Source: Candidatus Yanofskybacteria bacterium RIFCSPHIGHO2_01_FULL_43_32
Lineage (GTDB): Bacteria; Patescibacteriota; Minisyncoccia; 2-02-FULL-40-12; GWA2-44-9
Assembly (NCBI GenBank): GCA_001794125.1
Contig: MGJF01000002.1
Coordinates: 172,514-236,513 of the forward strand
Direction of reading: 5' to 3'
Length of the DNA: 64,000 nucleotides
Below, in pieces: positions 27,353-36,406 of the stretch; positions within the stretch are counted from its first letter, which is position 1; each line of letters begins with the position of its first letter. Made by a program: the position numbers and the translations under genes. The notes below the pieces were generated by a model that made no database searches, was not told the DNA's origin, and saw nothing but the letters and a program-made list of their open reading frames with translations.

Positions 27353-27673
27353 ATGAATAAACCACGACTTATTTTTGCATCTGCTCTTGCGGCTATCACC
27401 ACTATCGTATTTGTGGTGGTAATTACTGTTTGGGCGGAACTTTCAATCCCGCTGAAGAATTGGCTTAAAAGTTTTTCCGGCCATCATTGGACTTCCAAAA
27501 GTATTTTTTCTGCGCTGCTGTATGCGGTCGCTACGACGATATTTTACGGGAGTTTTCGTAATCCAAGCGAAATTATTATCCGGAAGTTGTTAGTTTTTCT
27601 TTTAGTGTTTATGGTTCTCGGCATCCTTAGTATCACGGCATTTTTCACGGGACACTATTTGGGGTTTTTCTAA
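27353..27673 (+). CDS. hypothetical membrane protein (3 TM helices)
   Basis: A hydrophobic ORF 8 nt after the previous stop. Confidence 0.35.
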   Translation: MNKPRLIFASALAAITTIVFVVVITVWAELSIPLKNWLKSFSGHHWTSKSIFSALLYAVATTIFYGSFRNPSEIIIRKLLVFLLVFMVLGILSITAFFTGHYLGFF

Positions 27674-27723
27674 CTTATTCATAACGGCTACGGGGGTTTA
27701 CCCTTAAAATTCAAAGTGGTAGG

Positions 27724-28743
27724 ATGTGGTCATTGATGAAAAAGCCGATAATCGTCAAAAAAAGTCCGGTAGTGATCGTCAAGAATTTTATTTTGCTTCA
27801 AATCGGAGCGATTGTCGCCTTTTTTATAGTTAGCGCGCTTGCCAACTATGCCGCAATCTACCGTTCTCTGACAATCTCTCACGCCATTTCGTTCCGTATT
27901 GCCGAGGCTTTGTTTATTTTTTCGACTGAAACGGCTATGGTATTTTTCATATTTTTCCGATGGTATAAAGAATCTTATCACATTCGCAATAACGAAATTA
28001 TTCATACCTATGGTGTTTTTTACAGCCATGAAACAACAATCCCCATGGAACCTGTTACTTCGGTAAGCTACCGTCAAAGCCCGCTCGGAAAACTTACGAA
28101 ATACGGGACAATAGAATTGACCGGCAGCAACATAAACAAGAAAATCCGGTTGAAAAACATTCCCTCTCCGGAAGAATATGTCGGCTTGATTTTAAAATTT
28201 TCCGCCAGAGGCGAATCCGCTTTTGACGGAAAGAATAAAACCGGAACGCCGCCGGTTTTAGCGGAGCTTCTTAATCATAGTGAGCACGAAAACTTGGAGT
28301 TTAAGAGTACATTCCGTTGGGACACAAGACAGAACGCGGTAAACCGCGTTCTTGAAAAATCGGCAATGAAAACCATTGCCGCATTTCTTAATTCTCGGGG
28401 CGGGCATTTGGTGATGGGAGTTGACGATAACAAAGCGGTTGTAGGATTAGCTTCGGATTTCGGCTCTCTTGTCAGGAAAGACGCCGATGGTTTTGAGAAT
28501 CATTTCACTCAAATTTTTCACAATATGATCGGTGCCGAATTCAGGCAGTTTGTGAAATTGAATTGGTCGCAAGCGGACGGCAAAGAATGCTGTATTATAA
28601 GCGTTTCACCAAGCCACAAACCGGTATATTTAAAAAGCGATAACAGTAACGAAGAGTTTTATATCAGAACCGGCAACGGAACTACGGCTCTAAAATTATC
28701 CGAGACCAACGCCTATATCGACTCCCGTCGGAACAGGTTTTAA
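27724..28743 (+). CDS. membrane protein with an N-terminal bacterial PH-like (YdbT-type) domain and a C-terminal Schlafen/AlbA_2-like domain
   Basis: Two N-terminal TM helices followed by a PH-like region. The C-terminal ENLEFKSTFRWD...KTIAAFLNSRGGHLVMGVDDNKAVVGL matches the AlbA_2 (divergent AAA, Schlafen core) signature. Confidence 0.5.
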   Translation: MWSLMKKPIIVKKSPVVIVKNFILLQIGAIVAFFIVSALANYAAIYRSLTISHAISFRIAEALFIFSTETAMVFFIFFRWYKESYHIRNNEIIHTYGVFYSHETTIPMEPVTSVSYRQSPLGKLTKYGTIELTGSNINKKIRLKNIPSPEEYVGLILKFSARGESAFDGKNKTGTPPVLAELLNHSEHENLEFKSTFRWDTRQNAVNRVLEKSAMKTIAAFLNSRGGHLVMGVDDNKAVVGLASDFGSLVRKDADGFENHFTQIFHNMIGAEFRQFVKLNWSQADGKECCIISVSPSHKPVYLKSDNSNEEFYIRTGNGTTALKLSETNAYIDSRRNRF

Positions 28744-28754
28744 TAAATTTTATA

Positions 28755-28844
28755 GTTCACACAAGCTCTATGCGTACGGAGGGAGACGCCTTTTTAAAAA
28801 TTTACTAATTTTGTAAAAAGTGTCTCCCTCCGCCGGTTGCTTAA
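28755..28844 (-). repeat. copy C of the ~90-nt structured repeat, in inverted orientation
   Basis: On the minus strand it reads ttaagcaaccggcggagggagacactttttacaaaattagtaaatttttaaaaaggcgtctccctccgtacgcatagagcttgtgtgaac. The stem is extended relative to copy A (cggagggagac/gtctccctccg). Confidence 0.6.
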
Positions 28845-28915
28845 GTGGTTGGTGGCAACTGGCAATAAAAGTTCAAACTCTCTTCGAAACTGGCTTAAAA
28901 AGCCAGTTTTTGGTC

Positions 28916-28944
28916 TTGCAATTTCATTTTGAGTGTGGTATAAT
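28916..28944 (+). promoter_or_regulatory. sigma70-type promoter (TTGCAA, 17-nt spacer, TATAAT) for the NADAR gene
   Basis: It follows the terminator hairpin ctggcttaaaaagccag plus a T-run at ~28890-28915. Confidence 0.4.
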
Positions 28945-29050
28945 TAAATAGTTAGTAATCCGTTCTTTTCATTTTTGGAGGTGTGATGAGAGGTTTCTTT
29001 TTCTTCTTTATCTTCGGTCTGTTGAGCGGAAAAAAAAGAGGAGGTAGAGA

Positions 29051-29515
29051 ATGCCAGTCTTGAATATCGGTAGCAAGTCAGACGACTGGCGTGCCTGTCG
29101 CTTGAGCAATTTTTCAGCCGATGCTTTTGTGCTTGATGGAGAAAGAATGGCTTCTGTTGAGGGGTTCATTCAGGGGACGAAATTTCCTGATGGACACCCG
29201 ACTCGACAGCAGATATTTCAATCCGTCGGCGTAGAGGCAAAGCGGTTCGGAAAAAAGGCCGAGCGAAAGTTCGTCTGGTGGAATGGTCGAGCCATCTCCT
29301 ACGGCTCACCTGAACATCACGAACTCATCGAGAGGGCTATCCGTGCAAAGTTCGAACAGAATACAACCGCAATGGATGCTCTTCTGGCAACCAGGGGAAT
29401 GATACTAACGCATGACCTTGGCCATCCAGACCCGCCGAACACATCACTTCCAGCCAAAGTCTTCTGCGACATCCTGACCAGGATTCGTGAGGAGACTCTC
29501 CGGGCCCGTAAGTAG
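29051..29515 (+). CDS. NADAR (YbiA/DUF1768) domain protein
   Basis: RLSNFSADAFVLDGERMASVEGFIQGTKF matches the NADAR motif LSNF...F.LDG....S.EH..Q..KF. The ORF is ~58% GC, well above the flanks. Confidence 0.6.
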   Translation: MPVLNIGSKSDDWRACRLSNFSADAFVLDGERMASVEGFIQGTKFPDGHPTRQQIFQSVGVEAKRFGKKAERKFVWWNGRAISYGSPEHHELIERAIRAKFEQNTTAMDALLATRGMILTHDLGHPDPPNTSLPAKVFCDILTRIREETLRARK

Positions 29516-29621
29516 CGAAAGCGAAAGCGGGCTTTGTCATTTTAATATTAAGCAAGCGTAGCTCTTGCAACTTTATTTCATTTCTACCTTGAATCTTGCT
29601 TATTAATTATCAGCTATAAAC

Positions 29622-29711
29622 TTAAACAACCGGCGGAGGGTGTGCCCCTTTATAAAATTAGCAAGATTTTAGAAAGGGGCACACCGCAGCACGCATGGAG
29701 GTTGTGTGAGC
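29622..29711 (+). repeat. copy B of the ~90-nt structured repeat
   Basis: ttaaacaaccggcggagggtgtgcccctttataaaattagcaagattttagaaaggggcacaccgcagcacgcatggaggttgtgtgagc. A TATAAT box follows, immediately upstream of the next ATG. Confidence 0.6.
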
Positions 29712-29763
29712 AATTGAAATAAGGTGCTGGGTGGAGCGATTTTTTTTATGATATAATGAACCA

Positions 29764-30039
29764 ATGGGATTTTTCTTTAATACAAAACCGAAGGCAACAA
29801 AAGAGGAGTTCCAAAAAGTCAGGAACTATCTTTATTCGATGGGCTTTACTCACAAAGAACTGGAGCGAATCAAGGAGATTTTCCGTTCGGATCTGGATGA
29901 GTCCGCGAGTTATGAGCGAGGGATTTCCGGCGAAGAAATTGACAAAGGAATCCAATGGATGAGAGCCAATGTGAATATCCATCACATCTCTGCGTCTAAA
30001 ATAGATATTTTAGAGAAAGCCCTCAAGTCAAAGTTGTAA
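29764..30039 (+). CDS. hypothetical small protein (91 aa)
   Basis: An ORF directly after a TATAAT box, possibly leaderless. A palindromic terminator follows. Confidence 0.4.
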   Translation: MGFFFNTKPKATKEEFQKVRNYLYSMGFTHKELERIKEIFRSDLDESASYERGISGEEIDKGIQWMRANVNIHHISASKIDILEKALKSKL

Positions 30040-30044
30040 TAAAT

Positions 30045-30069
30045 CCCTCACCTTTCGGAAAGGTAAGGG
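30045..30069. repeat. palindromic element ccctcacctttcggaaaggtRaggg (family copy 1 of 3), a bidirectional terminator between convergent genes
   Basis: The same palindrome recurs at 37788-37816 and 51980-52008. Here a second hairpin ccccgccatggcgggg follows it. Confidence 0.5.
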
Positions 30070-30095
30070 ATAAAAATCCCCGCCATGGCGGGGTC

Positions 30096-31205
30096 TTATT
30101 GAATGGCAAGCATTCTCTCTATCGGTATACGGGCTTGTCTGGCAAGTTCGGGGTCAACGGTTATCTCATGTTTCATATCCCGCAGCGATTCGTATAGGTT
30201 GCGCAAAGTGTTCTGTTCCATGAAAGCGCAGCGGGCTTCCGGATTGGCAGGAATGAATTCTTTGTCCGGAGCAACTTTGGACATTGGATAAATATTTGTC
30301 ACCGTAGTTGCAACTATGATTTTTTTCTGGGGAGTTTTCTTTAGGAACTCCATCATGCCCCAAGTTGAACGAAGCTGCATCATCTCTTCTGTGACAAGTC
30401 CTTGGTCAAGCAGGGTCATGCATTTTGATACACAACCGCATTCCATGTGGGCGACAACGGCGGCATCGGGATGAAGCGCTCTTTGCCTCATGACCTGGTG
30501 GGCGGTTATCTTTTCATGGACATGGCAGGCGCCCATCATAAGGTAGAGACGGTCTGTTGTTTGACCCACCTTCTCAAGAGTTTTGGCGGCATAATAACCC
30601 AGAAAAACATCGGGCAGAAAAAGCAACGGACTTTCTGGATAAAGCTCTGCCATATACCGGATTACCTTAGCCGCATTTGCGGAAGCGCAGCAAATATCGC
30701 TTATAGCCTTGATATCTAAATAAGTGTTGACATAGCTTATGACCTTTCCGTCCGGATGGGCCTCTTTCCATGCTTTTACTTTATTTACATCGGCATGAGC
30801 GGCCAGAGAACAAAGGGCTTTTAAACTTGGGGCCAGCACTTTCTGATGCGGTTTTTTCATGACCGCCAATATCTCATTCATGAAAAGCACGGATGCTTCT
30901 ATCAAAACATCGGCATCGGAATCTCTGCCTATCTTGGCAAGGTGAAGCGAATCGCCAATAAAATCTGCCGCATCTTGTACATCCGGCGGTTCGTAATTGT
31001 GAGCCAGAATAAGGACATTTTTTTCTTTTTTCAGACGCTTAATCTCGCCATTTAACAACGCCCGTTCATCAAATGAAACATTTGCAGGATTGGCACAGGT
31101 TGGGATAGGAGGCACTTCAATTGGCGGTCCCAAATCTACTCCGGAGATCATTTCAATAGCCTCTCTTGCCGGAAGAATATCGCCCGGCAATACCAATTTA
31201 TTCAC
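30096..31205 (-). CDS. nadA: quinolinate synthase
   Basis: NVLILAHNYEPPDVQDAADFIGDSLHLA, VISYVNTYLDIKA, and MGACHVHEKI match the three NadA repeats. Confidence 0.85.
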   Translation of the reverse strand: MNKLVLPGDILPAREAIEMISGVDLGPPIEVPPIPTCANPANVSFDERALLNGEIKRLKKEKNVLILAHNYEPPDVQDAADFIGDSLHLAKIGRDSDADVLIEASVLFMNEILAVMKKPHQKVLAPSLKALCSLAAHADVNKVKAWKEAHPDGKVISYVNTYLDIKAISDICCASANAAKVIRYMAELYPESPLLFLPDVFLGYYAAKTLEKVGQTTDRLYLMMGACHVHEKITAHQVMRQRALHPDAAVVAHMECGCVSKCMTLLDQGLVTEEMMQLRSTWGMMEFLKKTPQKKIIVATTVTNIYPMSKVAPDKEFIPANPEARCAFMEQNTLRNLYESLRDMKHEITVDPELARQARIPIERMLAIQ

Positions 31206-31335
31206 AGACCCACTCCATTGTTAGTGTGCTATTTGTGCAATATCATGAATTAATAAAAGAGTAATGTCAAACACGAATTGACAATAAATTTAAGTTTGAG
31301 ATACTCTATTCAGATTTTTTGAAAAAGGACGAAAC

Positions 31336-31887
31336 GTGAATAAAAAGTCAGCTTCTTCCGCAAAATTGAATAATCAGGAGATCTTGTACCTGCTTCTTTA
31401 TTTTGCTACAGATGAAGGCAGAGAACTGTTGCCTGAAAGATGGCAATTTCTTACTTCAGAGGTAGCCGGCGGATTGGTGGAATATTTAACTAATCAAGAG
31501 TTTAAGGCTACTTACGCCCGTTCTCGTGGCATGGAAGATTGGGGCTCGTATGTTAACAAAGAAGTAGAAAAAGCCATTGCCGAACACGGAGACAAGATAT
31601 GTCCGGAACTTGCTTCGGTTTTGAAATCAATGCTTCGTTTTGAATGGAGTCATGACCATGGCGAAAGTTGGAGTGATAATCAGATTAGGAATATTATGCT
31701 TTTTGGGCGAGGACCAATAATGTCCAGAACATTTGCTTTGACCGTTCCCGATGCTGCCGACGTTAAAGACAAGATCGTTCCCTTGCTGGGTCCGGCAATT
31801 CTGGAACCATGCCGTCAGATTGCTGAACTTATGAAAAAATATATCAAGCAAGATCTGGAGTTCATGGATGAACACCGCATGTCTTAA
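31336..31887 (+). CDS. hypothetical protein
   Basis: A 183-aa ORF followed by the terminator ccacatcaaggtgg plus T7 (31889-31912). Confidence 0.45.
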   Translation: MNKKSASSAKLNNQEILYLLLYFATDEGRELLPERWQFLTSEVAGGLVEYLTNQEFKATYARSRGMEDWGSYVNKEVEKAIAEHGDKICPELASVLKSMLRFEWSHDHGESWSDNQIRNIMLFGRGPIMSRTFALTVPDAADVKDKIVPLLGPAILEPCRQIAELMKKYIKQDLEFMDEHRMS

Positions 31888-31939
31888 TCCACATCAAGGT
31901 GGATTTTTTTGTTTTTAAGATGAATGTTATACTTAATGT

Positions 31940-32896
31940 ATGGAATTTACAGAATCTATTAAAAGTTTACAAAAACAGCTTCAATATCAGCCGGAATTGG
32001 TCAATGGTAATAAGTTGGGAAAGTATGAGAGATTTATTTTTGTGGGTATGGGCGGGTCGGCTTTGGGGCCGGATCTGTTAAGAATTTCCAATCCTGAACT
32101 GGATATTTTAATTCACAGAGATTACGGCTTGCCTGACCTGCCCGATAAGGTGCTCCAAAATAGTTTAATAGTTTTAAATTCTTATTCCGGGAATACGGAA
32201 GAGGTTTTGGATGCATTCAAATTGGCGCTGGGTAAAGGCCTCTCTGTGGTGGCAGTTTCCGTCGGCGGCAAGTTGCTTGAACTGGCCCGCCAGAATTCAT
32301 TTCCTTATGTAAAGATGCCTGATTGGGGGCTTGAGCCGAGATTGGCTTTAGGACTTAATTTAAGGGCCTTGCTGAAGGTGTTGGGACAGGATGAGGTGTT
32401 AGATACTATTCCCAAGATTAGAATGGAAGATTTTGAAAAAAAGGGTAAAAAACTGGCTGATAAATTAAGAGGATTTGTACCGATTATTTACTCATCAAGA
32501 AAAAATGGTCCAATTGCCTATGCCTGGAAAGTTAAAATCAACGAAACAGCAAAGAAACCGTCATTTTCAAATGTTTTTCCGGAATTAAATCACAACGAAA
32601 TGGCGGGTTTTCACGTCAACAATGTATCCAAGCTTCTTTCCCAAAATTTCCACTTTGTTTTTTTTAGAGATGAGACCGATAATCCAAGAATTTTAAAGAG
32701 AATGGAAGTAACGGCCGAGTTGTTTCAAAAACATAAATTAAACGTGGAAACCGTAGAACTGGCGGGGGACGATGTCTTCACTAAAATATTTTCTTCTCTG
32801 CAACTGGCCGACTGGGTCTCATATTACATCGCCAAGGAATACGGCATTGACCCGGCGGACACCTCCGCCATTGAAGAGTTCAAAAAATCTATTTAG
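31940..32896 (+). CDS. bifunctional phosphoglucose/phosphomannose isomerase (SIS domain, archaeal-type PGI/PMI)
   Basis: YERFIFVGMGGSALGPDLL (SIS) and the length/pattern of the PGI/PMI family. Confidence 0.7.
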   Translation: MEFTESIKSLQKQLQYQPELVNGNKLGKYERFIFVGMGGSALGPDLLRISNPELDILIHRDYGLPDLPDKVLQNSLIVLNSYSGNTEEVLDAFKLALGKGLSVVAVSVGGKLLELARQNSFPYVKMPDWGLEPRLALGLNLRALLKVLGQDEVLDTIPKIRMEDFEKKGKKLADKLRGFVPIIYSSRKNGPIAYAWKVKINETAKKPSFSNVFPELNHNEMAGFHVNNVSKLLSQNFHFVFFRDETDNPRILKRMEVTAELFQKHKLNVETVELAGDDVFTKIFSSLQLADWVSYYIAKEYGIDPADTSAIEEFKKSI

Positions 32897-33323
32897 GACA
32901 CACCAGTTTGCATTGGGAAGGGATGTTGGTGGGGTCGGGTTGGGGCGTTGCGTTTAAATTGAGGACTTTGTCTATAAGAGATTCGACAATGCCTTTGTCG
33001 TCTTTTTCCAGAGTTGCAAGGTTGGTTATCAAACTTTTAGAACCGTTGAAAGCCTCAACGGCTTTTTGGATAATTGCTTTGTTTGCCGGTGAAATTGTTT
33101 CTGAGCTCAACAGCGCCGGAGCGGTTTCAGAAAAAAATTTATCCATGTTCTGATAATCGGAGCTGATATTGTCTATAAGAATTTCTCGGGCGGTTTTGGG
33201 AAACAAGGTCTGGTTGACCTTTTCTTTTGCCTGGCCCAAAAAGTCGCCGACAATATTACTCCCGCCGCCAAAGGACGAAAATATTACGGCCAAAATCAGG
33301 AATAAACCTATAATATAAGGCAT
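32889..33323 (-). CDS. hypothetical membrane-anchored protein
   Basis: An N-terminal TM helix then a hydrophilic domain. It is convergent with the PGI gene. Confidence 0.4.
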   Translation of the reverse strand: MPYIIGLFLILAVIFSSFGGGSNIVGDFLGQAKEKVNQTLFPKTAREILIDNISSDYQNMDKFFSETAPALLSSETISPANKAIIQKAVEAFNGSKSLITNLATLEKDDKGIVESLIDKVLNLNATPQPDPTNIPSQCKLVCPK

Positions 33324-33341
33324 AAAAAATTTTCACTGCGT

Positions 33342-34856
33342 TTAAAATGCCGGTCTGTAATCAGCAGGACATGTAGGCGCATTTGGACAAGCGGTTGCCC
33401 TCCATGTCGGAGTATTTGCGCCACCCCCGTCAATCAAAACGTCATATATATAACCGTCGGGAAAAGCAATGATATCCGTGGCAAAACCCTGGCACATATT
33501 ACCTCCTGATTTACTTAGAAGCCCGGCTCCTAATCCTTTAGCTGCTTCGTTCACGATTGCAAATGCTCCGCAAGGGCCCGATAGGTCAATGCCTTGTGTC
33601 TGCAAATTAGCTTTTGCTTGTGCTATTACAGCAGTACCATCGCCATGCTTAGTTCTGGCATCTGCCGGCGGAAATGAACCCGCTCCGCCAGTTGTTGGAG
33701 TCGATGCAGACGGAGCTTTCCCCAACCCCGGCAAGTTAAAAGTGTTTTTAACAAAGTCGGGGTTAATGGTGTATAAAATCAAATAGGAAGACAAGAGGAG
33801 AATTGCCCCGAATATCGCATTAGTCATATGCTGTCTTGCCTCGCCGGTCTTAACGGTGTTTCCCGCGGCTGTCAGATATAAAAATCCGGAATAGAAAAAC
33901 ATCACGAATACCGAAATGCCCAATATACCCAAAGACCAGGTGAATATCTGCTGGATAAGCTGTCCCAGATTAGTCGGAAGGCCCTTGGTTGGAACAGGGG
34001 GCGAAACCGGGTTTAAAAAGGGCGGACCTCCCACTTTGACGGTCAAACTCTGAGTTGAAGTCGCGGTACCCTTGGAATTGGTAACGCTTATTTTATAAGT
34101 CCCTTGGGCAATATCCGAAGGCACTTCAAAAGTGCTTGTGGTGAGCTGATTATCAGCCGAACTTTCCACATCTCTGCTCGTGCTTCCGGCCACAAGTTTT
34201 ATCTTATTGCTTAGATTTGTGCCATATACTTCAACGCTCTGACCCGGAACGGCTGAAGTCGGATTGAACCCTGTTATGACCGGCGGAACGGCGGGCACTG
34301 TCGGAAGGTTCGAAGGTTGAATTGGCGGTTGAGTCCCACCACCTCCACCGGAACTATAAGGCCAAGTAACGACTACTATATCGGAACGTTCTGTCACTGT
34401 TCGGACATCGTCCCGAGCCCGAGCGCTCATCATAAAACCAATTTGGTCGCCTTGTTGGGGAACCCAGGAAGAATCCAAGGGTGGAATACGAATCTGGTCT
34501 TTGCCTATTTCAATAGCAGTCATTCCTTTGCATTGCTGGCCGACGCGGAGCCAGTCCCATGTGGCGCCATGCCATTGGCCGTTGATCTTTGCAAAAATCC
34601 AAGGATTGCCTTCTATCTGAATTGTGTCGAATTGTGAAGGCGGCCATTGCCCGGCTTTTGTGTGGTAGATGCAAATAGTGTCGGAGGTAATGTCTACTTT
34701 GGTGATAGTTGAGGTCACGCTCCAGCCACCGACGTTAGTGTGAAGCCAGTTGATGCTTGCGGGGCTAATATCGTCCGCAAGAACAACAGGTGTGTTTAAA
34801 ACATAAAAAACACCCGACAAGACCAGAAGAGACAAAAGAAAAATTTTCTTATTCAT
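33342..34856 (-). CDS. secreted surface protein with an IPT/TIG-like domain and a C-terminal pilin-like double-TM segment (TrbC/VirB2-like, as seen in CPR)
   Basis: Signal peptide, a Gly/Pro-rich linker, and PVITGFNPTSAVPGQSVEVYGTNL (IPT/TIG). Then LIQQIFTWSLGILGISVFVMFFYSGFLYL...AIFGAILLLSSYLILY, a pilin-like helix pair. Confidence 0.5.
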   Translation of the reverse strand: MNKKIFLLSLLVLSGVFYVLNTPVVLADDISPASINWLHTNVGGWSVTSTITKVDITSDTICIYHTKAGQWPPSQFDTIQIEGNPWIFAKINGQWHGATWDWLRVGQQCKGMTAIEIGKDQIRIPPLDSSWVPQQGDQIGFMMSARARDDVRTVTERSDIVVVTWPYSSGGGGGTQPPIQPSNLPTVPAVPPVITGFNPTSAVPGQSVEVYGTNLSNKIKLVAGSTSRDVESSADNQLTTSTFEVPSDIAQGTYKISVTNSKGTATSTQSLTVKVGGPPFLNPVSPPVPTKGLPTNLGQLIQQIFTWSLGILGISVFVMFFYSGFLYLTAAGNTVKTGEARQHMTNAIFGAILLLSSYLILYTINPDFVKNTFNLPGLGKAPSASTPTTGGAGSFPPADARTKHGDGTAVIAQAKANLQTQGIDLSGPCGAFAIVNEAAKGLGAGLLSKSGGNMCQGFATDIIAFPDGYIYDVLIDGGGANTPTWRATACPNAPTCPADYRPAF

Positions 34857-34936
34857 ATTGGCTATCCAAATTATACAAGATTAGCGGCGCAAAGTCATTA
34901 GGTAATTATCCACTTTTTTGGTATTATTTTATAAAG

Positions 34937-36334
34937 ATGATTTTTGGGAAACCTCTCAATTTTTTTGTAATTTTGGCGGCTGTTTTAGCGGCCACTTTGT
35001 GTTTTGGCACGGCCAGTGCGGTTCTCGGAGTGGGCTCCCGCATCGCCGTGATAGCGGCGACAACAAGCGGAAATTCTGTCGTACAGGACGAGATACGGGA
35101 ACGCAATAAGCAGATAGAGGAACTTCAAAGACAAATAGAGGAATACCAGATCCAAGCCGACAGCTCGAGGACTAAATCCAAGACTCTGGAAAACGAGATT
35201 GCCCGTCTGAATGCCGAGATCAATCAGGTTCAGCTTGAGATAAGGTCCCTCAATCTATCCATCAACAAGACAGGCGCGGAGATAGGGGAAACGGAAAGAC
35301 AGATCAACGAAGCTACGGCCAAAATGGAGAAGCATAAGCAGGCATTAGCCCAATATCTCAAGCTTGCTTACGAAAATGACCAGAAAACGCTTACAGAAAT
35401 ACTCTTAAAGAACGAAAACATTTCGGATTTTTTCAATGAGCTAAATAATTTAAGCGCGACCCAAGATAATCTCCAGATGACCATCAAAGACATCAAGGGA
35501 TTGAGGGCCGAACTGAATGACCATCAGGAGCAGTTGGAAGACAAGCAGACCGAGCTTGAACGAGCCAGGCGGTTGCAGGAAATAGAGAAGCGCTCTCTCG
35601 ATTCGACCAAATCTGGACAAAATAAGCTTTTGAAGGAAACTAAGGGCCAGGAATCCAAATATCAAGATTTGGTAAAAAAAACTCAAAAAGATATTGAGGC
35701 ATTAAAAAACCAGATTAGCTATTTGATACAAAACGGGGTTTCGGCGGAAGAGGCGGTAAAATATGGTCATCTTGCTGCTATCGGAGCCGGTATTCGCCCG
35801 GAGTATCTTCTTGCTGAACTTGAATTGGAAAGCGCAACGGGAAACAACGTCGGAAAATGTTACATAATAGATACCACCAGCGGTTCTACGCGGAGCATAG
35901 TGAACGGACACGTTTATTCTAAAGGGATACATCCGACCAGAGACTTGGCTTTGTTTTTAAATATTACATCTGAACTTGGCAAAGATCCGTTTCAAACACC
36001 GGTTTCTTGTGCTCAGGGTTGGGGAGGTGCTATGGGTATAGCCCAGTTTATTCCGTCTACTTGGATGGGGTATCGGGATGTGGTTTCTCGAATTACCGGA
36101 CATGATTTACCGAATCCATGGAATATTGAGGATGCTATTACTGCTGCTGCAGCCAAACTTTCAAAAGATGGAGCCAGCAGCAAGACCGTTACCGGTGAAA
36201 TAGCAGCATCAAGGAGATATTATTGCGGGAGTTCCGTGAAAACAAGCTTGATGAGCTCATCGCGTTGGGCGAGTTGTGTTAATTACGCCAACTCTGTTCA
36301 GCGTCTCGCCACGGAAATCGCCAAAAATTTGTAA
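34937..36334 (+). CDS. membrane-anchored coiled-coil protein with a C-terminal lytic transglycosylase (SLT)-like domain
   Basis: TM helix, a long coiled coil (EnvC-like), and C-terminal GWGGAMGIAQFIPSTW matching the SLT GxMQxxxxTW signature. I take the start at 34937 (MIFGKPL) to avoid overlap with the upstream gene. Confidence 0.5.
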   Translation: MIFGKPLNFFVILAAVLAATLCFGTASAVLGVGSRIAVIAATTSGNSVVQDEIRERNKQIEELQRQIEEYQIQADSSRTKSKTLENEIARLNAEINQVQLEIRSLNLSINKTGAEIGETERQINEATAKMEKHKQALAQYLKLAYENDQKTLTEILLKNENISDFFNELNNLSATQDNLQMTIKDIKGLRAELNDHQEQLEDKQTELERARRLQEIEKRSLDSTKSGQNKLLKETKGQESKYQDLVKKTQKDIEALKNQISYLIQNGVSAEEAVKYGHLAAIGAGIRPEYLLAELELESATGNNVGKCYIIDTTSGSTRSIVNGHVYSKGIHPTRDLALFLNITSELGKDPFQTPVSCAQGWGGAMGIAQFIPSTWMGYRDVVSRITGHDLPNPWNIEDAITAAAAKLSKDGASSKTVTGEIAASRRYYCGSSVKTSLMSSSRWASCVNYANSVQRLATEIAKNL

Positions 36335-36406
36335 TTTAACATTATTAAAAATTATGGTAGTTTGGTTCTATGTAATTTAACAATTTTAAGGTAGAATAAA
36401 ACGGTA

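Noticed and set aside
7364-29711. Repeat copies A and B as attL/attR of a ~22-kb integrated element
   Set aside because: The intervening genes are core housekeeping genes: dnaX, a DEAD-box helicase, DsbA/B, copA and others. The copies are ~80% identical with compensatory stem changes rather than exact att duplicates. A third, inverted copy also exists.
34790-34936. An N-terminal extension of the coiled-coil/SLT gene (start at 34790)
   Set aside because: It would overlap the last 22 codons of the convergent pilin-like gene. The internal ATG at 34937 begins the TM helix and is the more plausible start.
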